64,000 nucleotides of DNA from the NCBI GenBank assembly GCA_963751455.1, contig CAVVUN010000015.1:1152001-1216000 (forward strand), given 5' to 3'. This document shows positions 29,447 to 40,652 of the stretch, piece by piece. Each line of letters begins with the position of its first letter. The first letter of the stretch is position 1. A model generated the notes under the pieces. That model did no database searches and was not told the DNA's origin. It was given only the letters and a program-made list of their open reading frames with translations. The translations under genes and the position numbers were made by a program. Source of the stretch: Nitrospirota bacterium. GTDB taxonomy: Bacteria; Nitrospirota; UBA9217.

Positions 29447-30391
29447 ATGCAGGAGGCAGCTATGCGTTCTGGTGTGAAAGCAGTAAGCTTCGACGTTCGT
29501 GTTCTGGTCCGGCTCTTCCTCGCGGCAGCGTGTGTCGTGACAGCTGTAAATGCTTTTGCTGCTCAGGCGTCTGCAGAGGCAAGGGACCTGGACGAAATCA
29601 TGAAGAGCGGAGTTCTCAGGCATCTCGGCGTGCCATACGCCAACTTTGTGACCGGGAGCGGCGACGGCATGGATGTCGAGATCGTCAGGAGTTTCGCCGA
29701 GTCGCTCGGGGTACGGTACGAATACGTAATAACGGATTGGGACGACGCGATCGGGGACCTTACGGGCAGCAGAGTGAGACCGAAAGGCGGCGAAATCGAA
29801 GTGGTCGCCTCCGTCCCTGTGAAAGGCGACTTGATAGCAAACGGCATGACCGTCATTCCCTGGCGCGAGCGGATCGTCGATTATTCGGTCCCCACCTTTC
29901 CAAACCAGGTCTGGCTTGTGGCTCGTGCCGACTCCCCCCTGAAGCCCATTAAGCCCTCGGGAAGCATCAAGAAGGACATCTCCCTGGTCAAGAGCCTGGT
30001 CCGGGACCGGTCGCTGCTGTGCAAGGCGAATACCTGTCTGGACCCCAACCTGTACCAGCTCGACGCTGCCGGCGCCCGGGTGGTCCTCTTTGAACGGTCG
30101 TTGAATGAGCTGGCGCCTGCAGTTCTGAACCGGGAGGCGGAAGCCACGCTTCTTGACGTGCCTGATGCGCTCGTTGCCTTGCAGAAATGGCCGGGCAAGA
30201 TCAAGATCATCGGACCGGTGAGCGAAGTCCAGAACATGGCGGTCGCCTTCCGGAAAGATGCACCGAAGCTGCGGGAGGCGTTCAACCGGTTCCTGATGCA
30301 GCTCCGCAGGAATGGAACGCTGCAGAGTATCGCGCTCAAATATTATCCCTATGTGACCGATTACTACGCGGATTTTTTTAAAAACCGCTGA
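29447..30391 (+). CDS. Periplasmic substrate-binding protein (family 3, MltF-N-like)
   Basis: RDLDEIMKSGVLR, GMDVEI, IANGMT, VDYSVP, AVAFRK. Upstream of a kinase rather than a permease. Confidence 0.85.
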   Translation: MQEAAMRSGVKAVSFDVRVLVRLFLAAACVVTAVNAFAAQASAEARDLDEIMKSGVLRHLGVPYANFVTGSGDGMDVEIVRSFAESLGVRYEYVITDWDDAIGDLTGSRVRPKGGEIEVVASVPVKGDLIANGMTVIPWRERIVDYSVPTFPNQVWLVARADSPLKPIKPSGSIKKDISLVKSLVRDRSLLCKANTCLDPNLYQLDAAGARVVLFERSLNELAPAVLNREAEATLLDVPDALVALQKWPGKIKIIGPVSEVQNMAVAFRKDAPKLREAFNRFLMQLRRNGTLQSIALKYYPYVTDYYADFFKNR

Positions 30392-30445
30392 TCCTGCAGA
30401 ACCGGCGAAGCCTAATGACAATTACTATCAAGGAGGCAGGCGGCA

Positions 30446-33009
30446 GTGAAACTAGCCCGTAACCATAAGCTCGGCATCGTGATCGCCGTCATCGCTCTGC
30501 TGGCGTACGTGTCCTTTCTTCTCACCACTAATTATCTTTCGCAGAAAAACCTGAAGCAGACACTGCTCGAGCAGTTCCGGCTCGAGAATGAGACGCACGC
30601 CACGGAAATCTCTTATTTTTTTTCCGAACGCCGCGAAGATTTGAGGAACCTGACTTTGTCTCGCGAGGTTGCGGTCTTCTTCGAGAACCGCGCACTCGGC
30701 ATGAGCATGGAATACGGGTTGAAACAGAGCTTGCCTCCGATCAAGAACCTGTTCGTTTCCCTGATTGATCGCGCCCGCATCGGTAAGGAGTCAGCGTATC
30801 TCCAGATCGTGCTTCTTGACGAAAACGGCGATCTTCTCGTCCAGGTTGCGGCGCCCGGCCGGGCGCGAGTACTGACGGCTGGGGAAAAAGAGTACAACAG
30901 CCCTGACTATCCCGCCGGGATGGTAATTGCCGAGGACCGCGACAGGACGATCGTGATCACGACATCATATTTTTTCAAGGGAAAGCATTCAGGCGGGATC
31001 ATTGCCTGGATCAACCCGAACTATGTCGCCGAACACGTAGTTAAACCCAGAGACCATCATCCGGAGCAGACACCCAGTCTCGTGACCGCGAGCAAGACCG
31101 TCTATATTCATGCGGATAGATCGAGCGTGTCCGGTTTCCCGGACCGACTGAGCGATCATCCCCTGCGGTTCGAGGAGCGACGGCCCGGGGAAAAGGCAAA
31201 GGACATGATCTCTTTGGCCTCACTGGTGAAAGACACGCCGTTCTTTCTTGTTTCCCGGGTGCCGGCCCAGACCGTAGTCGGTGGACTCGAGCCGGGGGGC
31301 TTCTCGCCGGCATGGGGATACTCGCGCTTGTGATCATCGGCGGGGGCCTGGCCACAGTCAGGGTCATGACCCGTACGGTGCTTCTCCAGACCAGGCTGGA
31401 TGCTTCGCTCAGGCATGAACAGAACGTGCGAGAAAAGAACATCCAGCTCGAAAAGGAGATCGCCGAACGCAAACAGGCGGAGGAGGCGCTCCGGAACAGT
31501 GAAGACCGCTATCGCACTCTTGTCGAAACCTCGCCGGACGTGATTTTTACGGTCTCCCTTGGAGACGGCATCTTCCGGTCGATTAACCCGGTCTTTGAGA
31601 AGATCACCGGGTGGCCACGCACGGAATGGATCGGCAGGCCCTTCCTCGATATTATCCATCCCGACTATCGTGCGATTGCACTTGAAAAACATCGCGAAGC
31701 AATAAATGGGGCCGGCGTGATGCGGTACGATCTCCGGTGTCTCACCAGGTACGGGACGTGCCGGATAATCGAGGTGACGTCCGCGCCGCTTCCACAGAAC
31801 GGTGTCGTGTCGGGCAGGCTGGGCATCGCGCGGGACATCACGGAGCGGACCGTCCTCGAGGAGCAGCTCCGGCATGCCGTTAAAATGCAGGCAATAGGAC
31901 AGCTTGCGGGTGGCATTGCCCATGACTTCAACAATATTCTTTCCGTTATTATCGGAGCCTGCGATCTGGTTCTCCTGGACCTGCAGGAGGGCAATCCCGC
32001 GCGGTCCAAGATTCAGATGGTATTGGCGTCTGCGGAGCGGGGCGCCCAGCTCACGAGGAACCTGTTGACCTTCAGCCGGAAGCAGGTGGTGAGAATGCAG
32101 GCGCAGAACCTCAACGAGATCATCCTGAGCGTCGAGCCCCTTATCTCACGTCTTATCCGGGAGGACATCCGATTTTCCGTGGACCTGGCCGCCGACAGGC
32201 TGCTATGCATGGCGGACAGCACACAGATAGAGCAGGCGCTTATGAATCTTGCAGCGAATGCGAGAGATGCCATGGCGGGCGGGGGGAAATTTACGATCAC
32301 TTCAGGCCGTGTGATCATGGACGGGCAGTTCAGGAGGGAGCGCGGGTTCGGGCGGGAAGGAGAATATGCGGTTATTCGAGTAGAGGATACGGGCATCGGA
32401 ATGGACGAAAAAACCCGGCAGCGTATCTTCGAGCCGTTCTTTACGACCAAGGATGTTGGCAAGGGGACCGGGCTGGGGCTCGCAACGGTTTTCGGGATCG
32501 TTAAGCAGCACAACGGGTATATAGAAACGAAGAGCGAGGTCGGCAAGGGGACTGTTTTTATTATTTATCTTCCATTGATTGCGGCTAGCGCAGAGAGGGC
32601 CGGGGCGGCGCCGGAACAGCGTCTCAGGGGTTCGGAAACTGTTCTCGTGGCTGAAGACGAGGGGTCTGTCCGGGCCATTATTACGCAAATACTGGCGAAG
32701 TCAGGATACCGGGTCATCGAAGCGCATGACGGTGAGGACGCGGAGGTCAAGTTCCATGCTCACCGCGACGAGATTGATCTTCTGATCTTCGATGTGATCA
32801 TGCCGGGAAAGAACGGCAAGCAGGCATACGACAGCATCAAAAAAATCCGGCCGGACCTGAAGTGCCTGTTCCTGAGCGGTTACACAGCTGATGTCATCAG
32901 TAATTCCGGAATTTCTGAAAAGGAAGGCGCCTTTCTCCAGAAGCCTGTGCCGCCCCATATCCTGCTGACAAAGGTTCGTGAGATCCTTGGGGCTTCGCTG
33001 ATACAATGA
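30446..33009 (+). CDS. Hybrid sensor histidine kinase (periplasmic sensor-PAS-HisKA-HATPase-REC), frameshift near 31295
   Basis: 30446..31333 and 31312..33009 join at a G6 run just before TM2. Motifs [19 protein letters not shown]. Confidence 0.82.
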
Positions 33010-33582
33010 GGATACCTGAGTATCCCGGAATTTCGGACAAGATATTTTCCGAGCCCATCTCAAGGACAACCAAGCATTTCAGGTCTATACTGTTTTAATT
33101 TCCTTATTGCTTCCTCCACATAATTAGTGCGTCTTCCTTCAGTCGACGAATATCCCACGGTTACCTGTGTTCTCAATCTGTCTTCATGGTATTCGCCGGT
33201 CCAACCGCTTTGTGATTAAAATCACTTAATGTTCGCCGCTTTTGTGCTTTACTTGTACTGATCATAAACAATTATCCTGAAAAAAGCAGTTGGACACGGA
33301 TAAAATCTGATCAACACGGATTTATAGGAAGTTACGAACAGTAATGGATTCACCCAAAAGGCGAGATGGCTTTTTGCTCTATCACATTGTTTTGATCCGC
33401 TGTTTCCGTGTTCATCCGTGTTCAAATGCCGTTTTTAGGATTATCCTCAATGCCCATCCTATTAAAACATCGCATTGGCAAGCAATCTGTATCCGGGAGA
33501 GAAAGGGGGTAACACACGATCGGAAACACAAGGGGTGGAATGCTCGCCACACTGTTCCCGAAGGCTACTTTTTATTAACCAG

Positions 33583-33655
33583 AGACGGTTATGAAACCAC
33601 CTGCCGATTTGGGCGCCAAGGTTGGTGGTGGAGCCAGTGGCGCAACCAGCCGACT
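33583..33655 (+). ncRNA. Cyclic di-GMP-II riboswitch (candidate)
   Basis: ATGAA-ACCAC...ATTTGGGCGCC...GTGGT-GGAGCCAGTGGCGCAACCAGCC matches the class II pattern (UGAA/GAG kink-turn, UUGGGCRC...AGUGGYGCAACC). Pseudoknot GCGCC/GGCGC. Directly upstream of the SD of 33681. Confidence 0.72.
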
Positions 33656-33680
33656 TACTTTCAAGCAGTAAGGAGGCCCC

Positions 33681-33989
33681 ATGAAGCATCTGTTGCAGTT
33701 GGTCCTTTCGATCGCCGTTATGGCAGTTGTTGCTTCGAATTCAGCATTCGGTATTGCCTATGGCCAGGAGGAAAAAATCCTGAATCCATGGGAACGGAAC
33801 GAACAGACGACATCCGCGAAAAAGGGGGACAAAGCCTCGAAGAAAGCCAAAAAAACGAACAAGGAAAAAGTCAAAAAGGCTAATAACAAAAATGTCAAAC
33901 AGGCGAACAGGCAAAAAGCCGGGAAGGCGGACATCGCCAAGGTCGAGCATAAGGAAACCGGGCAAAAGAAAAAATATCTGTTCTGGTAA
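33681..33989 (+). CDS. Exported lysine-rich hypothetical protein
   Basis: SD AAGGAGG, signal peptide, K-rich body, ends YLFW. Confidence 0.75.
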   Translation: MKHLLQLVLSIAVMAVVASNSAFGIAYGQEEKILNPWERNEQTTSAKKGDKASKKAKKTNKEKVKKANNKNVKQANRQKAGKADIAKVEHKETGQKKKYLFW

Positions 33990-34061
33990 CAACGCTGCAG
34001 AAAACAATCTGGAAGTCAACATTGGTTTGAATTTGCACATTCCAGAACATGCAGAAAATAC

Positions 34062-34104
34062 AAAAAAGCCGGCAAAGGCCTCGTTTCTCACTTTGCCGGC
34101 TTTT
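34062..34104. terminator. Bidirectional terminator
   Basis: AAAAAGCCGGCAAAG...CTTTGCCGGCTTTT. Confidence 0.75.
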
Positions 34105-34163
34105 GACTGCCGGGGTCTTCTCTTGCAAGCGCCGGCAGAACAACGGGTTGAGGTTCTAGTCAA

Positions 34164-34487
34164 ATGAGAAAGGATATGGACATGAAGACGTGGGTGAATG
34201 TATTGCTTGGTATCTGGCTCATCATGACCGGCATGGTGAGCCTGGGCGGCATACGGTTCTCGGGGAGCGGCATTATCCTCGCGGTTATTGCGGTTTTGAC
34301 AGGCATCCTGTTCCTGCTGGTTGACCGCTCCGAAAAGCTCTGGCCGAGGATGGGGAATGTTCTCCTGGGTGTGTGGCTGCTGGCCACAGGACTGGCGCCG
34401 CTCCTGCACATCGGCTTTTCAGGCAGCGGCGTTGTGCTTTCTGTTATAGCGATCGCTGCGGGCGCGCTGCTGCTGATACGACGCTGA
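34164..34487 (+). CDS. Small membrane protein with internal duplication
   Basis: Two NVLLG(I/V)WL..TG...FSGSG..L.VIA units. Start uncertain. Confidence 0.75.
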   Translation: MRKDMDMKTWVNVLLGIWLIMTGMVSLGGIRFSGSGIILAVIAVLTGILFLLVDRSEKLWPRMGNVLLGVWLLATGLAPLLHIGFSGSGVVLSVIAIAAGALLLIRR

Positions 34488-34488
34488 T

Positions 34489-35037
34489 TTATGCCGGGGT
34501 GCCGGTCTGTGCCGCTATTTCTATCTTCTCCCTGATGCTCATAAGCCAGGTATGAACACCCGCCCTCATCGACGCAATGATTTCATCGGCCTTCCTTGCT
34601 TTACGGGCCTGGTAATAGTCAAACCCGTAGAACGTGCGGAGCACCTGACGAAATACCTGAAAAGGGTAAGAATCGGGGCGTTCCGATTGCGGCTCGAGCA
34701 CTTCATCGGGAAGAAGGAAGTCCTCTTCATGCAGAAGGCGGGTTCCGGCTGCTGTCGGCTTGACGGAGAGCGTAACACGGAAACTTCCATCGACAGCTCT
34801 GCTCATGATTCGGTTCCCTTTGACAACCTCAACAACATCGCACTTGAAACGCTTCCCGTTTGCCTGAAGGAAAAAACGAAAGCATGCTCCTGCGGCTGCG
34901 TTCGGGCTGCTCAACTGCTCGCAGCCTATAAACGTGCACGATGGATTCAAACGCATACGCGTTTCGGCATCTCTTATCGCGGCAAAAACCTTTTCAGGCG
35001 GGCTGTCGATCTCGATGGATTCGGCAATATGATGCAT
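34489..35037 (-). CDS. SRPBCC/START-like protein
   Basis: ESIEIDSPPEKVF N-terminus and GTRL.HEE. Confidence 0.72.
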   Translation of the reverse strand: MHHIAESIEIDSPPEKVFAAIRDAETRMRLNPSCTFIGCEQLSSPNAAAGACFRFFLQANGKRFKCDVVEVVKGNRIMSRAVDGSFRVTLSVKPTAAGTRLLHEEDFLLPDEVLEPQSERPDSYPFQVFRQVLRTFYGFDYYQARKARKADEIIASMRAGVHTWLMSIREKIEIAAQTGTPA

Positions 35038-35147
35038 ATATCCAGTGTATCACCATGCGGCGTTTGATAAGTCGGATTGGAATAAACAATGCAAAAGCAA
35101 TCAATCGAATGGTGAAATCAGCAGCTAATCGCAGATAATGAAATTTA

Positions 35148-35315
35148 GTAACTACTCAGGTCATTTTTTTATCCGCAGATTACGCAGATTTCGCAGATAA
35201 AAACAAAACCAGAATTCCGGTTTTAGAATCTGCGTCAATCTGCGAAATCTGCGGATAGAAGGGCTTTTTCTTAGATTTGTCTTAATGCTGTTCTGAAAAG
35301 AAGCTGAATAGTTAC
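35148..35315. mobile_element. 168-bp MITE, copy 2
   Basis: Same terminal repeats as copy 1, flanked by 8-bp direct repeat GAAATTTA (35140-35147 and 35316-35323). Confidence 0.92.
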
Positions 35316-35520
35316 GAAATTTATCGCATTTTGAAAAATGCGACACGGAGGCGGAAAGGCAACGTGGAATGAACAGACTGATACATGGCTGATACTTATG
35401 GCGTCTTGAACTTTTAGTCCTTTTTTGCAAAAAATGAAGTAGCGGAAGCGATAGGAATATCACCGGGGACGACCTGGCTGAGCTGAAAAAAGCGCTTATG
35501 GACCTGGAAAGCAGGACCGG

Positions 35521-36006
35521 CTATGGCCGTTGAGCTGATTTATGAAGATACCGAAACAACGCCCGGGACGGGGCGGGTGAAGGGTTCGTTTTTATCTGTT
35601 CATCCCTGGCCTTTGTGACGAGGTCCGTTAATTGCTCCTTTACAACAGCCGGCAGCGTACTTACTATCTCTTCGATTACTGTATCGTTTCCAGACAGCAG
35701 GTCATCCCTCCAGCGTTCCAATTGCTTATGCAGCGCAGCCTGCGTGCGATCTCCCTCTTCCAGGTTTTGTACGGCTTCCTGAATCGGTCCTGCATCGGTT
35801 TTCCGCATCAACACGCCGATATACTGCATCTGCCTGTTGAGAGCCCCATGCTTGCTGATCGATTTTGCCTGAATAACCGCGCTTAAAACCTTTTCCGGAA
35901 GCTGGATTTTCCTGAGTTGCGCCTCGGATAATTTCACCAGTTTTTCTCCCAGAGCCTGGACGGATAAGGCCTGCATTTTCTTTTGGGTCTTGCTGATATT
36001 CTCCAT
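35521..36006 (-). CDS. yjgA: Ribosome biogenesis factor YjgA/DarP (DUF615)
   Basis: SKTQKK...LGEKLV...RQMQYIGVLMR...LERWRD.L...RALFRYL. Confidence 0.9.
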   Translation of the reverse strand: MENISKTQKKMQALSVQALGEKLVKLSEAQLRKIQLPEKVLSAVIQAKSISKHGALNRQMQYIGVLMRKTDAGPIQEAVQNLEEGDRTQAALHKQLERWRDDLLSGNDTVIEEIVSTLPAVVKEQLTDLVTKARDEQIKTNPSPAPSRALFRYLHKSAQRP

Positions 36007-36155
36007 AGTAACCTCGCGGAAGTATACCACGAAAGCATGCGCGATGTCTTTCTTTTGGAGATGAACGGGAAATAAAAAGACCGGCAAGAAATCTTGCCGG
36101 CCGGGACATGATAGTTAAAATTGAGGGGCGTTGCTCACCCGTATATTACTTGTCG

Positions 36156-36245
36156 TTAATCTCCGAATGTCCGGCGAATTCTACGATTTGCGCGTTTACC
36201 GATCTGCTTTCGCAAACCCGTTACACGTTTCGTTTTCTTCACCAT
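36156..36245 (-). CDS. 29-aa Arg/Lys-rich small ORF (MVKKTKRVTGLRKQIGKRANRRIRRTFGD)
   Basis: Weak SD (AGGA). Followed by the terminator-like hairpin CCGGCAAGA-TT-TCTTGCCGG-TCTTTTT at about 36074-36101. Confidence 0.4.
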   Translation of the reverse strand: MVKKTKRVTGLRKQIGKRANRRIRRTFGD

Positions 36246-36622
36246 GCCATCCTGCGACCAAAGCTATGCTTTCGCGTCGGGTCTTTTGCAATCTGGGGAC
36301 TGCAGGGACCTTTGGCTTACGGTCCTCAACGAGAATAATATAAGTTACACATTCAAGTGCTGGTAGGGCAGCGCCTGGTTCCAGTATAGCACAAATAAGA
36401 TTTATTTGGTCCTGAATCCAACATGCCCCTTTTGAGCTAAGAAAAGCCTTGTTGCTTCATAATTAAATGTTACCGGACGATAGTAAGTTGGTGTGGGGCT
36501 CGGTTTTACGTTTTGAAGATCTTTTTAAGCTTAACGGGCATGCCGGAGAATATCTCTTGCCCCGCCGGGTGATTTGCGGTAATCTTCGTACTCCCGGAAC
36601 GGAATCCCGTTCCGATAACACA

Positions 36623-37168
36623 ATGGCGCTGAAAGCAACCATATTCAAAGCGGAGCTCCAGATCTCCGACATGGGCCGCGGCTACTACGCGGATCACAGT
36701 CTCACGATTGCCCGCCATCCGTCCGAGACGGACGAGCGCATGATGGTGCGCCTTCTGGCTTTTGCCCTGCATGCCGATGAGGCGCTTGTCTTTGGCGATA
36801 GTATAGGAAACGATGAAGAGCCGTCGCTATGGCAGAAGGATTTGACCGGCTCAATCGGGCTCTGGATTGACGTGGGCCAGCCGGACGAAAAACGCATACG
36901 CAGGGCATGCGGCCGCGCGGCAGAGGTCTGTATTTACAGCTACGGCGGCCACGGCGCGGACGTGTGGCTGAACCAGGTCAGGAACAATCTGGAGCGCTCC
37001 CGCAACCTGACGCTGATAAACCTTCCCGCGGACGCCCCTCCGGCCCTTGCCAGACTGGCGCAGCGCAGCATGAAGCTGCAATTCACAATCCAGGACGGCC
37101 AGGTGTGGGTCACCGATGACCGGGAAACGGTGCACCTGGAACCGGCAATCCAGCGATTTTCCGGGTGA
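36623..37168 (+). CDS. yaeQ: YaeQ family protein
   Basis: MALKATIFKAELQISDM.R.YY...ARHPSETDERMMVRLLAF. Confidence 0.93.
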   Translation: MALKATIFKAELQISDMGRGYYADHSLTIARHPSETDERMMVRLLAFALHADEALVFGDSIGNDEEPSLWQKDLTGSIGLWIDVGQPDEKRIRRACGRAAEVCIYSYGGHGADVWLNQVRNNLERSRNLTLINLPADAPPALARLAQRSMKLQFTIQDGQVWVTDDRETVHLEPAIQRFSG

Positions 37169-37190
37169 GACTACCGTCAGTGTGCCGGGG

Positions 37191-38279
37191 CTAAAGCCCG
37201 GTGAACCTAAAAGAGTCGGCGAGTGCCTTGTTCATGATCCTGCCGTTAAAGGTGTTGAGTGCGCTCCTGATGACCGGGTCTTCATGGACCGCTTTTTCAA
37301 TTCCTTGATCAGCTATGGTCTTAATATACGGCAGCGTGGCATTTGTCAAGGCGAGCGTAGACGTCCTCGGATAGGCGCCCGGCATGTTGGCCACGCAGTA
37401 GTGAACGATGCCGTCGACTGAATACACCGGATCGTCATGGGTTGTCGGACGGGCAGTCTCCACACACCCGCCCTGGTCGATTGAAACATCCACAATGACC
37501 GATCCTTTCTTCATGATCCCGAGCATTGCTTTCGTTATGAGAAGGGGCGTTCTTCCTCCGGGTACCAGCACTGCCCCAATGATCATATCCGCATCCTGAA
37601 TCTCTTCTTCAACGGCATGCGCGCTCAATGGCATCGTCGTCGCCCGGCCGTCAAAGAGTTCGTCGATTCGCTGAAGCCCGATAAGATCCTTGCTGATTAC
37701 GACCGTTTCCATGCCGAGACCGATCGCAACGCGGGCTGCGTTTGTTCCCACAACACCGGATCCGAGGACAACCGTCTTTCCGGGTCTTACCCCGCTTACC
37801 CCCGTAGGCAGGATGCCGGACCCGCCCTTGAACTTCTGAAGGTAGAAGGAAGCCATCAGCGGGGCCATCCGGCCCGCAATCTCGCTCATGGGAGCCAGGA
37901 GCGGAAGCCTGTTGTCCAGTTCCAGAGTCTCGTACGCCAGACCGGTCACTTTTTTTTCAAGAAGCATTTTCGTGAGAGTTGGATTCGGGGCCAGGTGGAG
38001 GTAGGTAAAAAGCGCCCCGCCTTCGCGAATCAACTGAAACTCGGACTGCACGGGCTCCTTTACTTTCACGATAAGGTCGGATTTGCTAAAGACGTCATCC
38101 GTGGTGGTAACATGCGCCCCTGACGTTGCATATTCGTGATCCGTGAAACCGCTTCCTTCTCCCGCGCCGGTTTCGACGAGAACCTCGCTCCGGCCCTGCA
38201 CCAGCTCACGCACTCCGGGGGGAGTCATGCCGACACGGAACTCCTCCGTCTTGATTTCCTTTGGTACGCCGATTATCAT
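37191..38279 (-). CDS. ald: Alanine dehydrogenase
   Basis: [49 protein letters not shown]. Confidence 0.95.
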   Translation of the reverse strand: MIIGVPKEIKTEEFRVGMTPPGVRELVQGRSEVLVETGAGEGSGFTDHEYATSGAHVTTTDDVFSKSDLIVKVKEPVQSEFQLIREGGALFTYLHLAPNPTLTKMLLEKKVTGLAYETLELDNRLPLLAPMSEIAGRMAPLMASFYLQKFKGGSGILPTGVSGVRPGKTVVLGSGVVGTNAARVAIGLGMETVVISKDLIGLQRIDELFDGRATTMPLSAHAVEEEIQDADMIIGAVLVPGGRTPLLITKAMLGIMKKGSVIVDVSIDQGGCVETARPTTHDDPVYSVDGIVHYCVANMPGAYPRTSTLALTNATLPYIKTIADQGIEKAVHEDPVIRSALNTFNGRIMNKALADSFRFTGL

Positions 38280-38563
38280 ATTGTCCTTTCATCAGGTACA
38301 GGTTATTGCAAAAATCCTGGTAACCCACCGGTCCCCGACTAAAATGTAGCATGTCCGCTGGCCCATTTCAATCCCGCGACTATGAATCCACCGGCTCCCG
38401 CCGGGGGAGATATGCGTCGTTACCCGCGGGAGGTCGCGTTGTTCTGGGGAGCCTCCGTCTCCTGCCGGAGGGGCTCCACTGCGGCTCTTGACTAAGACAA
38501 CGGTTTTCGGTAGTATATGCGCTCAAAAAACAGAACTGAAGGGACTGCATAGAGGAGGTTTTC

Positions 38564-39103
38564 ATGGCAGAAGAAAAAAAAGAACCCTGGCTCAGCTATC
38601 TCGCGCTTACAACCGTGATCTTCGCTGTATGCGCGACACTTTCGACGCTGAAGGGCGGCGCGTACGGGTCGCGGGCCATCCTGTCCCAGGCACAGGCATC
38701 GGACTTGTGGGCCTATTACCAGGCAAAGAGCATCAAGGGATACGTTTACGAGCTTCAAAAAGAGAAGTTCGATATGGATTTCAAAACTATGAAATCCGGG
38801 GTGCCGCACGCCCTCGCGGCTGACTATAAGAACAAAATAGACGGTTATGCGGAAAAAATAAAGAAGTACGATGCGGAGAAGGATGAGATCAAGAAGAAGG
38901 CAGAGGAACTCGAAGAAAGGCGCGACGATGCCCAGAAGCATTCAGGCCCGTTCGGCCTTGCGGCCATGTTCCTGCAGATAGCGATCCTGCTCTCATCCAT
39001 CGCGGCCCTTATGAAACAGAAATATTTCTGGTTTCTCGGAATGGGGCTCGGCTGTGTCGGACTGTTGTATTTCTTTAACGGGTTCTTTCTTTTCATGGGA
39101 TAG
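38564..39103 (+). CDS. DUF4337-family membrane protein
   Basis: ASDLWAYYQAKSIK...LQIAILLSSI. Confidence 0.85.
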   Translation: MAEEKKEPWLSYLALTTVIFAVCATLSTLKGGAYGSRAILSQAQASDLWAYYQAKSIKGYVYELQKEKFDMDFKTMKSGVPHALAADYKNKIDGYAEKIKKYDAEKDEIKKKAEELEERRDDAQKHSGPFGLAAMFLQIAILLSSIAALMKQKYFWFLGMGLGCVGLLYFFNGFFLFMG

Positions 39104-39143
39104 CAGCAAGGAGGGAAAAAGCAGAAAGGAGAGTCCGGTAATT

Positions 39144-39241
39144 GTCATTCCGGACCCTTTGTTCTATGAAACCCATTGCGAAAGGCACTTCGCTCAGGGT
39201 GAAGGACCTCCGGCAAGACCCTTCGTTTTGCTCAGGGTGAC
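39144..39241. repeat. REP-like GTCA...TGAC imperfect palindrome
   Basis: GTCATTCCG...CTTCGTTTTGCTCAGGGTGAC between convergent genes. Related to 50964-51085. Confidence 0.6.
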
Positions 39242-39265
39242 TGGTTCTCAATTCTTGAGAAACAG

Positions 39266-40573
39266 TCATTTTTTAAATTCTATGGAATTGCCTTTTTCCA
39301 GGTTATTGGAGCTTCTACGCACCACAGCGGTCGATGTGTGCTCCTTCACCAGGAAAACCTGTGTTTCCGCAATCAGGGGCCTGGGAAATGCCCGCTTTTC
39401 GGGTTTGCCGTACACTAGGAACTTGTCTCCCGGCTCAACACCCTCTGCCCTGCCCTTGTCGAGATATACGACGTCCGTGGTCGCATTCAAAGTCCGGGTG
39501 TCGACCACTTCAAGAATATAGCCTGAAATGTCCTTGGTTTTCTGCTGCAGCTGGTTGTCATAAATGAGGCTCGGCTCCTGGTAGGGCGTCAGCATGCTGC
39601 CGATTCCGATGCCGTCGAAGGAGAGTGTAATCCTGCCGGTATAGACAAGGGGAGCCGGCTTGGCTTTGACATCGGATTTGGACTTAGACTTGGTTTTTGG
39701 TTTTGTCGGCGCGTCGGTCAGTTCGACAATTCCGAGCACCTTTATCAGTTTCCCGTAAGTTTTGCCGGTAACGGGATGCTTTACTTTGCCGAGCGGTGTA
39801 AAGATCAGAAACTTTTCTCCAGGGACAGCGCCTTTCCGCGAGGGAAGAGCGATGAAGGCTATATCATCATAGCTCATATATGTCTTCTCTTCTTTTGACC
39901 CGATGATCCTGTCCTTGGTTTCATCCTGGTTGATGAATCCCGCATTCAACATGGCATACTTGTCCATGAGCGGAACAGGCACTTCTTCGGGCAGAATCAA
40001 TTTACCCGTGGCCTCCTCGGCGGGCTTGGCCTCCGCCTTCTCTTCGGGCTTGACTTCGGCCGGTTTTTCCGCCGGCAGTTCTTTTAATTCCTGATCAACG
40101 GCCGGCTCCTGCATTGCCCGTTCAACAGGTGCAAGACTTGGCATGGCGAGTTCGGTGCCGGGGTAAATAAGGTCAGGGTTGACTATAGACGGGTTAGCTT
40201 TCCATATGAAGGGCCAAAGGAAAGGGTCCTTCAGAAAGGTATTTGAAATGTCCCAGAGAGTGTCGCCTTGTTTAACGATGTAGTTGCCCTTCCCAGCAGG
40301 CGATGCCTGAGCAGCGGAAGGCTCGGCTGCGCCGCCTTCAGCAGGAACGATGGCCTGCGCCGGTTGTTGCGGTTGACCCTCAGGAATTGACAGCTGTCCC
40401 GGGACCGGCGCGGTTTCCCCCGGCTTCTGGGGAGCCTTTTCAGGTGCCGGTTTTTCCTGCTGGGTGACAACCGGTTCTTGCTTTTGATCCTGTGACAGGA
40501 CTGCGGAGGGTGCTACGGTAAGGAGAAGAGTCATGATGGCGGTGCTGATGAGCGTAACTGACCGCTTGGTCAT
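39266..40573 (-). CDS. LysM peptidoglycan-binding exported protein (TsaP-like)
   Basis: Signal peptide, YIVKQGDTLWDIS..FLKDPFLWP.IW..NP.I.NPDLIYPG, C-terminal VVYLDKG..EGV.PG. Confidence 0.85.
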   Translation of the reverse strand: MTKRSVTLISTAIMTLLLTVAPSAVLSQDQKQEPVVTQQEKPAPEKAPQKPGETAPVPGQLSIPEGQPQQPAQAIVPAEGGAAEPSAAQASPAGKGNYIVKQGDTLWDISNTFLKDPFLWPFIWKANPSIVNPDLIYPGTELAMPSLAPVERAMQEPAVDQELKELPAEKPAEVKPEEKAEAKPAEEATGKLILPEEVPVPLMDKYAMLNAGFINQDETKDRIIGSKEEKTYMSYDDIAFIALPSRKGAVPGEKFLIFTPLGKVKHPVTGKTYGKLIKVLGIVELTDAPTKPKTKSKSKSDVKAKPAPLVYTGRITLSFDGIGIGSMLTPYQEPSLIYDNQLQQKTKDISGYILEVVDTRTLNATTDVVYLDKGRAEGVEPGDKFLVYGKPEKRAFPRPLIAETQVFLVKEHTSTAVVRRSSNNLEKGNSIEFKK

Positions 40574-40652
40574 TCGAGCCTCCTGAATTTTTTCTAAGAT
40601 AACCGAGAAACCTCTTGTTTGTCAAGAGACTTTTTGGTATTCTGGCCGTATC

